DNA of 64,000 nt from a virus (lineage: Duplodnaviria; Caudoviricetes): the IMG/VR virus record IMGVR_UViG_3300005841_000939; one strand, written 5' to 3'. The position numbers and the translations under genes are program-made. Under the pieces are notes generated by a model, which saw only the letters and a list, made by a program, of their open reading frames with translations, was not told the origin of the DNA and did not search any database. Below, piece after piece: positions 29,106 through 38,774 of the stretch (within the stretch, counting starts at the first letter, position 1; the number at the start of each line of letters is the position of its first letter).

Positions 29106-29600
29106 TTATTCCTTAGACAATTGATTATTTATACATTCTTGCCACCCATAAGTGGCAATAGCTAATGCATCTGACATTCCGTCATGTGGCTTTTTGCTTC
29201 TTGGTGTAGCTAAAAGACTTACTTGAGGATATTTAGCTGTAATAAATGCAATTGTGTCTTCCTTTTCATGCTTTTCATCACCCATGAGAGTTTTTTGCCA
29301 TTTTCTAGGTCCAACTGTAACTATTTTGAATCCAAGTGCTTCCATAACGCCATGCAGCCCACCGGTACCCCAACCGAAACGAAACATGGATGTTACTCCT
29401 TGTCCTGGCATGGCATGAACTTGTTCAATGTAAATGATGTCTGGATTTAAATTTTTTAGCAATAATGCTACCGATCTAAAATCCAATTCATCTTTATCTT
29501 GTGAACTAGTTCTAATTGGCATTGGAGTTACAGATACTGTTGTATCATCAATATACGCTATTCCACCTTTTTGACCTGGATCTATACCTACAAGTTTCAT
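29106..29600 (-). CDS. ruvC: RuvC-like Holliday junction resolvase
   Basis: VGIDPG, IYIEQV, SMFRFG, DGMSDALAIA: the acidic RuvC catalytic set. Confidence 0.85.
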   Translation of the reverse strand: MKLVGIDPGQKGGIAYIDDTTVSVTPMPIRTSSQDKDELDFRSVALLLKNLNPDIIYIEQVHAMPGQGVTSMFRFGWGTGGLHGVMEALGFKIVTVGPRKWQKTLMGDEKHEKEDTIAFITAKYPQVSLLATPRSKKPHDGMSDALAIATYGWQECINNQLSKE

Positions 29601-29986
29601 TATTCTACTTTCTTTATAGATTCAGATATTTTAGTTTTAATTTCTCTAGTTTGTTCTTCCGTAAAAAATCTATTTTTTACAATTTTCCCATCCTCAAAAA
29701 ACAATTTATGACGTTCATTCATGAAATCATTTGAATCTGAAATATTATAATATTTTAGGATTTCTTTGATTGCATCTTCGTATAAAACATATTTTTCTCT
29801 TTCCAAATTGATAAGTAATTTTTCTATTATTTTCAATAATGGTGCAACTTCTTTGTCTTTTTTACATAATTCTCTAAGAATAGTATGAACATCATCATCT
29901 TCTAACAAAGTATTTGATGCTTTCTTCTTAGCTATACGGATTTCTTCAAGTGTTTGCTCTAACTGATTTTTTATAATTGAATCCAT
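29600..29986 (-). CDS. Hypothetical protein
   Basis: 128-aa ORF coupled to the RuvC-like gene by a 1-nt overlap. Confidence 0.65.
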   Translation of the reverse strand: MDSIIKNQLEQTLEEIRIAKKKASNTLLEDDDVHTILRELCKKDKEVAPLLKIIEKLLINLEREKYVLYEDAIKEILKYYNISDSNDFMNERHKLFFEDGKIVKNRFFTEEQTREIKTKISESIKKVE

Positions 29987-30033
29987 AAGAATTCATTTTA
30001 TAATAAAGTGTAAAAATATAATCGGACCAATAT

Positions 30034-30528
30034 ATGCAAATTAATGTTGAACTATATGAAAATAAACAAAAAGTTGAAGATCATTCAAAGAAGTACAAAG
30101 ATTTGATGGAAGAGAAGATTAAAAAACTTACTGCGCTTCAAGAACAAGTCCTAAAAGATTTAAATGAAATAGATAGAAAAAACCTTGTTACTGAATCAAA
30201 TCACAATATTTCAAAATATCATCGTTACTTATCACTTTTGACAGAAGAGAGAATTACTTTTGCAAAAATGAAAACAAAGAAGGAATTATTTGATGGTGAA
30301 GTTAATGAGTACTATCGTTTCCATTGGGATAAAAGTACCAAGCTTACCGAATCTGCTATTGGAAAATATGTAGCAGCCCACCCTTTGATAACAAGTATTT
30401 CAAATCTTGTTAGAGTTGAAGAAGCTATTGTAGAGTATCTAGAAGGTGTAGTTCAAACCTTTGGAAACAGAAACTTTACGATTAAAAATATAATTGAAGC
30501 AAGCAAACTTGAACTTGGACTAACATGA
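30034..30528 (+). CDS. uvsY: Recombination mediator
   Basis: Directly upstream of uvsW; EYYRF...YVAAHP...VEYLE...RNFTIKNIIE matches the UvsY pattern. Confidence 0.8.
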   Translation: MQINVELYENKQKVEDHSKKYKDLMEEKIKKLTALQEQVLKDLNEIDRKNLVTESNHNISKYHRYLSLLTEERITFAKMKTKKELFDGEVNEYYRFHWDKSTKLTESAIGKYVAAHPLITSISNLVRVEEAIVEYLEGVVQTFGNRNFTIKNIIEASKLELGLT

Positions 30529-31976
30529 ACGAAACTTGGCTAAAAATAACAAAAATTGACGAAAGTTATGGACACATAACTAGTAATCACCCATCTATAA
30601 TGGGTGACTTATATTCGTTTTTTTCCCATTTTGTTGATGGGTATTATTTTATGCCTAAATTCAAGGCTGGTGTTTGGGATGGAAAAGTCCATTTCATGGA
30701 GAGAAGTGGAAAAATTCCTATTGGATTAATTCATTTAGCTTGCAAATTTGTTAAACAAGATGGAATGAAAATATTTTTGGATCCATCATTTGTTGAAAAA
30801 TATGATGCATTACCAGATTTTGAAGATCATACAAACAAATGGTTGAGTGAAGTTTACACTCCTTATTCCTATCAGTTTGATGGTGCGCTTATTGCATTAA
30901 AGTATAACCGCTGCATTTTGGAACATGCAACTGGTGCTGGCAAGTCGCTTACCATGGCATTGATTATAATGTACAACTTGCAAAAAGCTAGAGCCAAGAA
31001 AATTCTTATATTGGTTCCTGGTATTTCTTTAGTACATCAACTTGCTTCAGATTTTATAGATTATGGAATTCCTCCGGAATGGATTGGTAAATATTACGCG
31101 GATCAAAAAGATACGAATGAGAAGATCATCATTTCTACATGGCAATCTTTAAAAAACAATGCTGATCTTGCTAGCGAATTTGACATGCTGATTGCTGATG
31201 AAGTTCACTCAATAAAAGGACACGAAATTAAGAAAGTTGTTGATAATTGCCGTAATGCAAAATATAGAATCGGATTGACTGGTACGATGCCTGATAAGAA
31301 GACCGATAATATGTCTGTTCTTGGTTCAATTGGACCTATATTGCATAAAATTAGTTCAAAAAATCTCATTGAAATGGGAACTACAAGCGACATTATTATT
31401 AAAATACCTTTCTTAGAATATGCTCCAGAAATAAAATCAAAAGTAAGAGGATTACCACTTCCTGATGAAAAAGAATGGTTAGAAAATTACGACCCAAGAA
31501 ACAATATAATTAAGAAAATAATTTCAAAGCATGTTGAAAAAGGTCATAATTGTTTGATTCTTGTTGATCACATTTCCCATGGTGAAAAATTATTTGAAAA
31601 AGTTTCGGAAATAGAAAATTGTAAACCATTTTTTATTCGCGGAGAAACTGCCGGTGAAGAAAGAGAAAGAATTAGAGGATATACAAATGAAAACGAAGGC
31701 GTTGTTATCGTTGCTACTTACGGTGTATTTTCAACTGGTGTCTCCATCAAGAGATTACATACGGTTTTATTTGCGTCGGCAGGAAAATCAAAGATACGCA
31801 CATTACAAAGTATAGGGCGTGGATTACGTCTCCATAAAGATAAAAAACATTTAATCCTGTATGATATTGGTGATAGTACAACATATGCCGAAAAGCACCT
31901 AGAAAATAGAATTCAAATCTATACCAAAGCACAATTTAATATAGATTGCTTTGAAATAAAAGTTAAAAATGGATAA
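30525..31976 (+). CDS. uvsW: SF2 DNA helicase
   Basis: MPKFKAGVWDGK, ATGAGKS, DEVH, GLTGT, STGVSIKRLH, SKIRTLQSIGRGLR. Confidence 0.95.
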   Translation: MNETWLKITKIDESYGHITSNHPSIMGDLYSFFSHFVDGYYFMPKFKAGVWDGKVHFMERSGKIPIGLIHLACKFVKQDGMKIFLDPSFVEKYDALPDFEDHTNKWLSEVYTPYSYQFDGALIALKYNRCILEHATGAGKSLTMALIIMYNLQKARAKKILILVPGISLVHQLASDFIDYGIPPEWIGKYYADQKDTNEKIIISTWQSLKNNADLASEFDMLIADEVHSIKGHEIKKVVDNCRNAKYRIGLTGTMPDKKTDNMSVLGSIGPILHKISSKNLIEMGTTSDIIIKIPFLEYAPEIKSKVRGLPLPDEKEWLENYDPRNNIIKKIISKHVEKGHNCLILVDHISHGEKLFEKVSEIENCKPFFIRGETAGEERERIRGYTNENEGVVIVATYGVFSTGVSIKRLHTVLFASAGKSKIRTLQSIGRGLRLHKDKKHLILYDIGDSTTYAEKHLENRIQIYTKAQFNIDCFEIKVKNG

Positions 31977-31979
31977 AAT

Positions 31980-33878
31980 ATGCCAATAATTCAAAATACT
32001 ACAAATCATGCAATTCCAGTTGTAATCAGTGGTTCAAGAAAAACTATTAAGCCTGGACAAATTTTGAATGGTCCTCAAGCATTACTTTCAATTCCTGGAC
32101 TTCAACTAGTTCAATCTGAAAAGAAAATTATTATTCCAGATGCAGTAAACAAGCGGGTTGAAGATGTTATGTCATCTGAGACAAGCGTACAACCTACACC
32201 ACCTGAAAAAGTTTCAGTTAATTTTGAATTTATACAAACGCAAGAGGATACTTTGGAAACAGAAAGTAAATTTAATTCTATTAATACATTTTTAAAAGAA
32301 TATAGAGATAGAAATGATGTACCATCAGTAACAATTGGCATATTAACAAAAAATCAATATCAACTTGTCGTTGATTGCTGTGAATCTATTTTCAATAAAG
32401 TTCAATATAAGAATGTGACACTTTTTATTATTGATACAGGATCAAATGATCAAAATGTGAGGAATTATTATAAACTTCTTCCACAAAAATGCGCTGATAA
32501 AAATTGGACTTATCAGTTCATGCAAATTGATCATTATCACTTTAGTCAAAACTATAATTCAGCAGCACGTCAAGTAAAAACTGATTATTTCCTAATTCAA
32601 AATAATGATACAGTTGCATTGAATGATTATGTTTCTCAAATGATGGTTGTTGCGATCAATCAAAAGGTTGGTTCAGTTGGAACGCGCATGTTGTACAAAG
32701 ATGGTTCAATACAACATGATGGCCAATTCATTTACAATGGCCCTAATGGACAAATATCTACACCAGGACATTTGCATCTAAGAGTTAAGCCTGAACAATT
32801 AAATGATCAACAAAACTTTGGAACACACTTGGTAGACGGAAACACTGCCGCTGGTGTCCTTATGAAAACATCAGAATATATTGCCATTGGTGGTATTGAT
32901 GAGGGATATAAAGATATTTTCCAAGATGTTGATTTAATGATGAAAATTACTCCTATGTTGGGTAAATTTAATTATTGTTCAAGAGACGCAAATATTATTC
33001 ACATTGACAATGCAACACGATTAATGCAAGGACATGATCCGAAACGTGCAGCAGCAATGTGGGAAGATACACATTATTTGAAAGATCGTGTTGTTAAAAA
33101 TAACTGGATTTATTCAAAGAAACAAGAACCGGTAGATTTTTCATTTATTACGCTTGTTAGAGATACGCAAAAATATAATCAATTCTTGACTTCGCTTTCC
33201 CAACAAATGGGTGCTAACTCTTATGAAGTTATACCTATTCCAAATTACTTTAATCAAATAAATTCTGCTTTTAGAGGATTGAATATTGGTCAAGATATTT
33301 CAAACGGTAAATATTTAATTTTCTGTCATGATGATATTATTCTTTCAAATAATTGGATTGAACGGTTGAAATATCACATCCGAAACTTAGAAAATAATTC
33401 TATTCAATGGGGTGTTCTTGGACCTGCAGGTATAACTATTGGATCTGAACAAGGTGCATATTTCTTAACAACTGAAACAGGCGAAAATATAAAAATAAAA
33501 GATTCATCAGTAATAAATGATAAAGAAATTTATGAAGTTGGATGCCTAGATGAACTCTGCTTAATTACTAAAAAGTCAACAGGATTACGTTTCTCTGATA
33601 GAGAATTGAGTGGATTTCATTTTTACGGAGGAAATCTTTGCTTAGAGTCTAAGAGACTAGGATTGAGAAACTTCGCTATTGATTGCTGGACATTCCATCA
33701 AAGCGATGGCAATAAAAACGTTTCTAGTAAGGAAAAATTTGATCTTTTCTATGAGTCAGCAAAAACCTTTCAAATGTGGTCCATGAAAAGTGGCATAACA
33801 TCTTGGAGAACAACGACAACCAAGTGTTCCGGTCCACGTCAAGAAGACTTGATGATTTTTATAGATAGCCCCGTATGA
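31980..33878 (+). CDS. Glycosyltransferase with two GT-A (GT2-like) domains
   Basis: First domain IIDTGS, QNNDTV, VGTRML...IQHDG, FQDVDL. Second domain LIFCHDDI, WGVLGPAG, LDELCLI, FHFYG. Confidence 0.85.
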   Translation: MPIIQNTTNHAIPVVISGSRKTIKPGQILNGPQALLSIPGLQLVQSEKKIIIPDAVNKRVEDVMSSETSVQPTPPEKVSVNFEFIQTQEDTLETESKFNSINTFLKEYRDRNDVPSVTIGILTKNQYQLVVDCCESIFNKVQYKNVTLFIIDTGSNDQNVRNYYKLLPQKCADKNWTYQFMQIDHYHFSQNYNSAARQVKTDYFLIQNNDTVALNDYVSQMMVVAINQKVGSVGTRMLYKDGSIQHDGQFIYNGPNGQISTPGHLHLRVKPEQLNDQQNFGTHLVDGNTAAGVLMKTSEYIAIGGIDEGYKDIFQDVDLMMKITPMLGKFNYCSRDANIIHIDNATRLMQGHDPKRAAAMWEDTHYLKDRVVKNNWIYSKKQEPVDFSFITLVRDTQKYNQFLTSLSQQMGANSYEVIPIPNYFNQINSAFRGLNIGQDISNGKYLIFCHDDIILSNNWIERLKYHIRNLENNSIQWGVLGPAGITIGSEQGAYFLTTETGENIKIKDSSVINDKEIYEVGCLDELCLITKKSTGLRFSDRELSGFHFYGGNLCLESKRLGLRNFAIDCWTFHQSDGNKNVSSKEKFDLFYESAKTFQMWSMKSGITSWRTTTTKCSGPRQEDLMIFIDSPV

Positions 33879-34444
33879 TATTTTGTACATTGTCCGTTAG
33901 CTTGAGTTTTCAAATAGCTCCAGTTGTAAATTGATTAGGTGAGAAACAAAGCCTTTTCTTTTGAGTCAACGTTAAAAATTTGAGGAAGAGTTTGTGATAT
34001 TTCCTAGTAGATGAGGCGTATTATGGACGTGCCGAGGGGACAAAGGCAAGCAGAAAGTAACATCTACCGCCTATATCATAAGACAGCTCACAGGCGTTGT
34101 GTGATGAGTTTCTTCGGGCCCGAAGAATGGTCAAATATTTCCAGGTCTCCATACAGAGGATAACTCAGTATGGCCTAAGAGATACTCGGCTATTCTTAAA
34201 ATTTAACGATTTTTCAGGGAAGAGCAGTTTTATTTAGAAAAAATTATTCAAGGAAGAATAAGAAGAATAAGAAGAAAAAATACCAAAAAGAAGTTTATAT
34301 CCTCATTATTTGTAAATTATGAATATTCATAGTAATTACTAATATTTTTATTATTAGTAATAACGCCGAAAACACCCTCTTCTTACTTATCCTTTACTTT
34401 CGCTACGCTCAAGATAAAGGACTCGCTCCTTTAGGAGCTTCGTC
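33879..34444. other. Long non-coding, palindrome-rich region (candidate replication origin or structured RNA)
   Basis: Longest intergenic gap in the window (566 nt). Contains an 18-bp perfect palindrome, several hairpins, GAAGAATAA repeats and nested AT-rich palindromes. Confidence 0.45.
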
Positions 34445-35059
34445 TTACATTCTGTTTGTATTTGGTAAGTTATTTTTAAATTTCTTGGCGCCAAACTGTT
34501 TTCTTGCAGTAGGACCAACAACAATTCCATCGCTACTTTGATCTTTAAAATGACCAAGTTGATATTTACCAAGTGTTGCTTTTTCAACATTTTCTTGAAA
34601 AAAGTTTTCTTCATCTGAATCTTCAATATAAATTGGTTTCAAAAAACATTTACATGCTGAAAAGTATTCTTCTATTGCCTTTTTATCTTCATCTGATATG
34701 TTTCCATCAGGTGCAACAATTAATTTATGATTACCTGGTACATTTCCATTTGGATAAGGTATAGCATCAGCTTGTGGATGCACTTTAACAACACCAACAA
34801 TGACTAAATTCTGATTATCAGGTGTTTCTGTTGGAATTATTACATCCCATCCCATATCATCAGAAGGATTAATGTACAAAGGTGTTTCTCCATAAGAAAA
34901 TGGCAAAACAACATCTTGTCTCCAACGACCGTTTTCACCTTTATGCAACTCAACTGTAACAGGTACGGGGTTTGATGTACCAATATCAACTATCTCACGA
35001 AAAGAAGTTTTCTTTGATTCATTTTCAAAAATATATGTTAAAATACCTTGTGTATTCAT
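34445..35059 (-). CDS. Hypothetical protein (late)
   Basis: 204-aa ORF with TATAAATA upstream and a hairpin right after the stop. Confidence 0.7.
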   Translation of the reverse strand: MNTQGILTYIFENESKKTSFREIVDIGTSNPVPVTVELHKGENGRWRQDVVLPFSYGETPLYINPSDDMGWDVIIPTETPDNQNLVIVGVVKVHPQADAIPYPNGNVPGNHKLIVAPDGNISDEDKKAIEEYFSACKCFLKPIYIEDSDEENFFQENVEKATLGKYQLGHFKDQSSDGIVVGPTARKQFGAKKFKNNLPNTNRM

Positions 35060-35078
35060 GGATCATCCTGGTTAAACG

Positions 35079-35086
35079 TATTTATA
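35079..35086 (-). promoter_or_regulatory. T4-type late promoter TATAAATA
   Basis: Exact motif 19 nt upstream of the ATG at 35059. Confidence 0.7.
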
Positions 35087-35095
35087 GCTTTTTCA

Positions 35096-35123
35096 TTGAT
35101 TTATGATACAAAAATGATAAGAT
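35096..35123 (+). promoter_or_regulatory. Candidate sigma70-type promoter for nrdB (TTGATT-N16-TAAGAT, extended -10 TG)
   Basis: Read directly from the sequence; the first 17 nt recur exactly at 40227. Confidence 0.45.
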
Positions 35124-35142
35124 TATCTTCTATTTGGTTTAG

Positions 35143-35150
35143 TATAAATA
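35143..35150 (+). promoter_or_regulatory. T4-type late promoter TATAAATA upstream of nrdB
   Basis: Exact motif. Confidence 0.55.
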
Positions 35151-35279
35151 AAAATACAAGTTGAATCACAGAAAGTAAAGTTATGAACAAGTATTCGGTT
35201 AATTTGAATGCAACCACAAAAATCATTACTTCACTTTCTGTTCAACAATAAACTAAATTAATTTTTGAGGCAAAACACA

Positions 35280-36254
35280 ATGGTTGTTGAAGAACCTATT
35301 CTTATCCCCACCTTAGACCGATTTGTAGTGTTTCCTATCAAGTATCCGACTATTTGGGAATACTATAAAAAGCAAGAAAATTCATTCTGGACAGCAGAAG
35401 AATTAGACTTGTCAAGTGATGTCAGAGATTGGGAAGAAAAACTTACTGATGATGAAAAACATTTTATTTCATATACCTTAGCATTCTTTGCAGGGTCAGA
35501 TGGAATTGTCAATGAAAACATCGCTGCCCGTTTTTATAATGAAGTTCAAATTCCTGAAGCAAGAATGGCATATTCATTTCAGATCGCAATGGAAGGTATT
35601 CATGCTGAAACATATTCATTGTTGATTGATACATACATTCGTGATGCAAAACAAAAAGATTTCCTTTTAAATGCAATTAAGAATATCCCAATCATCAAGA
35701 AAAAGGCTGAATGGGCTTTTAAATATTTGGAAGGTGACCAATCATTTGCTGAACGTTTGATTGCCTTTGCCGTTATAGAAGGATTATTCTTCTCGTCTAG
35801 CTTCTGTTCAATCTATTGGTTAAAGAAGCGTGGATTAATGCAAGGTCTTGGAGTAAGCAATGAATTGATCGCAAGAGATGAATCAGTTCATAGAGAATTT
35901 GCTTGTCATCTTTATTCTTTCTTGAATGCAAAACTTCCAACAGGAAGAATTAAAGAAATAATTCAAGAAGCCGTAGAAATTGAAACTGAATTTGCAACAG
36001 AAGCTTTGCCTGTTTCTCTCATTGGCATGAACAAAGATTTAATGTCAACCTACATTAGATATGTTGCTGACAATATCCTAAGTGCATTGGGTGAAGAAAC
36101 AATTTACAATGTACAAAATCCATTTGATTTTATGGATCTTATATCTCTTCAAGGAAAATCTAACTTCTTTGAAAAACGCGTGACTGAATACCGTAAAGCT
36201 GGTGTAGGTCAATCTGTTGAGGGAAATAAAATCGTTTTTGACGCTGAAATTTAA
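35280..36254 (+). CDS. nrdB: Ribonucleotide reductase class Ia beta subunit
   Basis: RFVVFPI, FWTAEELDLSSD, FAGSDGIVNEN, EGIHAETY, EGLFFSSSF, RDESVH, NFFEKRVTEY. ATG at 35280 preferred over the TTG at 35265 because of GAGG 8 nt upstream. Confidence 0.97.
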   Translation: MVVEEPILIPTLDRFVVFPIKYPTIWEYYKKQENSFWTAEELDLSSDVRDWEEKLTDDEKHFISYTLAFFAGSDGIVNENIAARFYNEVQIPEARMAYSFQIAMEGIHAETYSLLIDTYIRDAKQKDFLLNAIKNIPIIKKKAEWAFKYLEGDQSFAERLIAFAVIEGLFFSSSFCSIYWLKKRGLMQGLGVSNELIARDESVHREFACHLYSFLNAKLPTGRIKEIIQEAVEIETEFATEALPVSLIGMNKDLMSTYIRYVADNILSALGEETIYNVQNPFDFMDLISLQGKSNFFEKRVTEYRKAGVGQSVEGNKIVFDAEI

Positions 36255-36281
36255 ACGTATAATCTAACTTGGAGTTACTGA

Positions 36282-38726
36282 ATGCTAGTCTTAAAAAGGG
36301 ATGGACAAAAAGAACCTGTAAAATTGGAGAAAATCCAAAAGCGAATTAAAGTAGCTTCTAAAGGATTAAACCGTGTTGATGTTGATGCAGTTTCGCAAAA
36401 AGTTGTTGCTGGTCTTTACGATTGTGTTACATCAAAAGAACTTGATAACCTAGCAATTGAAACTGCTGCGTATCTTTCTGCAAAGGATCCTCAATACGAT
36501 ACCCTAGCAGTTCGTTTGGCAGTTTCAACTTTACATAAAGAGACTGATGAAACCTTTAGTTCAGCTATTGAAAAGTTGTACAACAATACAGATACACATG
36601 GTAATCCTAAGCCTCTTATTTCAGAAGAAGTTTATAAAATTGTAAAGAAAAATTCTTCATTTTTGAATTCTTCTATTGTAGATAATAGAGATTATTTGTT
36701 TGATTATTTTGGTTTTAAAACACTTGAGCGTTCTTATCTATTAAAGATTAAGAAGAAAATTATTGAACGTCCTCAACATATGTGGATGCGTGTTTCCATT
36801 GGTATTCATAAAACAGATTTGGAAGCCGCAGTCAACACATACAACAAAATGAGTTTGTTGGAAATGACTCACGCTACACCTACACTTTTCAATGCAGGTA
36901 CTCCAAAGAATCAAATGAGTTCATGTTTCCTTCTTCAAGTAGAAGATGATTCTGTTCATGGTATTTTTAATTCGTTGAAAGAAACTGCCCTCATTTCACA
37001 AAGTGCAGGTGGAATTGGTATCTCATTTTCAAATGTACGTTCAAAAGGCTCTGTAATTTATGGTACTGGTGGCTCATCAAATGGTATCGTTCCATTCCTA
37101 AAGATTTTTGAAGCAACTGCCCGTGGCATTGATCAAGGTGGAGGTAAACGCAAGGGTTCATTCGCAATTTATTTGGAACCATGGCACGCTGATATTTTTG
37201 AGTTCTTGGACCTGCGTAAAAACAATGGCAAAGAAGAAATGCGCGCAAGAGATTTAAATCTTGCTTTATGGATACCTGATATTTTCATGAAGCGTGTTGA
37301 GGCTGATGGCGATTGGACTTTACTAGATCCAAATAAGTGCCATGGTCTGCATGATTCATTTGGTGATGAATTTGAACAAAAGTATTTGAAGTTTGAATCT
37401 GAAGGTAAGGGTGAAAAAACTATCAAGGCCAGACAAGTTTGGGAAGCAATCATTACCTCTCAAATTGAAACAGGGCAACCATATATTCTTTATAAGGATG
37501 CAGCATGCCGTAAATCAAATCAAAAGAACTTGATTGGTAATGGAAAAAATTTGTCTTCAAATCTTTGTGCTGAAATTCTTGAAGTTGTTGGTAAAGATGA
37601 TATTTCCGTTTGTAACTTGGCATCAATTTCGTTGAAATCATGTATTGAAGGTAAAAAGGAAAAGATTTTTAACTTTGAAAAATTGGAAGAAATTGCACGC
37701 ACATTAACAGCCAATTTGAATCGTGTTATTGATGAAAATTACTATCCTGTAGAAAAAGCTAGAACAACTAACCTGCGTGATCGTCCAATTGGTATTGGTG
37801 TTCAAGGGTTAGCGGATGCATTCGCAGTTATGGGTTATTCATGGGATTCAGCAGAAGCTAAACAATTGAATAAAGATATTTTTGAAACAATATATTTTGG
37901 TGCTGTTTCAGAAAGTATTGTACAAGCAAGAGCTTCAGGCGTTTATGGTACATATGAAGGAAGCCCAGCATCACAAGGATTGTTACAATTTGATTTATGG
38001 AATATTGCACCTTCTGATCGTCATGATTGGAAGAAAGTAAAATCTGATTTGAAAAAATATGGCATGAAGAATAGTCTTCTTATTTGCTGTATGCCAACAG
38101 CATCAACTTCACAAATTCTCGGTAACACAGAATCAATTGAAATGACAACATCAAATCTTTATAAGCGTTCAACATTATCTGGTGAATTTGTTGTTATTAA
38201 TAAATATTTGGTAGATGATTTGATAAAGCAAAACCTTTGGAATGATGGATTACGTCAAAAGATCATGGCAGCAGATGGATCAATTCAAGGTATTGAAGAA
38301 ATTCCTGCAGAAATAAAAGCACTGTACAAAACTGTTTGGGAAACAAGTCAAAAAGTAATTCTCAATATGGCTGCTGATCGTGGTCCTTATATTTGTCAAA
38401 CTCAAAGTATGAATTTGTATGTAAGGGATGCAAATATGGCTAAAATGACAACAGCATTATTCCATGGTTGGAAAGCTGGTTTGAAGACTGGCATTTATTA
38501 CTTACGTCAGCAAGCTGCATCTGATGCTGTAAAGATTACTCTTGATAATAAGGTAAAAGTTAAGGATGATGAACTACTTTCTAAAGCAATAAAGAAACTA
38601 GAATATTCTGGATATGACAAGGAAACTATGGATATGCTTAAACAAAATCCTAAAGAATTAATTGAAATTGCCAAGGGCGTTTGTTCTATTGCTGATCCAA
38701 AAAGTTGCGATATGTGTTCAGGCTAA
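36282..38726 (+). CDS. nrdA: Ribonucleotide reductase class Ia alpha subunit with ATP cone
   Basis: VLKRDG ATP cone, ERPQHMWMR, PTLFNAG, SSCFL, SNLCAEI, MPTASTSQI, KTGIYYLR, C-terminal CxxC. Confidence 0.98.
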   Translation: MLVLKRDGQKEPVKLEKIQKRIKVASKGLNRVDVDAVSQKVVAGLYDCVTSKELDNLAIETAAYLSAKDPQYDTLAVRLAVSTLHKETDETFSSAIEKLYNNTDTHGNPKPLISEEVYKIVKKNSSFLNSSIVDNRDYLFDYFGFKTLERSYLLKIKKKIIERPQHMWMRVSIGIHKTDLEAAVNTYNKMSLLEMTHATPTLFNAGTPKNQMSSCFLLQVEDDSVHGIFNSLKETALISQSAGGIGISFSNVRSKGSVIYGTGGSSNGIVPFLKIFEATARGIDQGGGKRKGSFAIYLEPWHADIFEFLDLRKNNGKEEMRARDLNLALWIPDIFMKRVEADGDWTLLDPNKCHGLHDSFGDEFEQKYLKFESEGKGEKTIKARQVWEAIITSQIETGQPYILYKDAACRKSNQKNLIGNGKNLSSNLCAEILEVVGKDDISVCNLASISLKSCIEGKKEKIFNFEKLEEIARTLTANLNRVIDENYYPVEKARTTNLRDRPIGIGVQGLADAFAVMGYSWDSAEAKQLNKDIFETIYFGAVSESIVQARASGVYGTYEGSPASQGLLQFDLWNIAPSDRHDWKKVKSDLKKYGMKNSLLICCMPTASTSQILGNTESIEMTTSNLYKRSTLSGEFVVINKYLVDDLIKQNLWNDGLRQKIMAADGSIQGIEEIPAEIKALYKTVWETSQKVILNMAADRGPYICQTQSMNLYVRDANMAKMTTALFHGWKAGLKTGIYYLRQQAASDAVKITLDNKVKVKDDELLSKAIKKLEYSGYDKETMDMLKQNPKELIEIAKGVCSIADPKSCDMCSG

Positions 38727-38774
38727 AATTTTTTACTTTGTAATACAATAAGTAAGAATTTTAAAAGGAAAAAT

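Noticed and set aside
34098-34130. Hammerhead-ribozyme-like TGATGAG followed by a hairpin
   Set aside because: The core needs CUGAUGA and a following GAAA; the sequence reads GUGAUGAG...GAAGAA, and I could not find stems I and III.
34253-34279. GAAGAATAA repeats as a CRISPR or iteron array
   Set aside because: Only about three 9-nt copies with no spacers. No CRISPR array or cas gene was seen anywhere in the window.
34387-34626. 79-aa ORF reading into the non-coding island
   Set aside because: It is an alternative frame of 34445..35059 with no independent RBS or motif.
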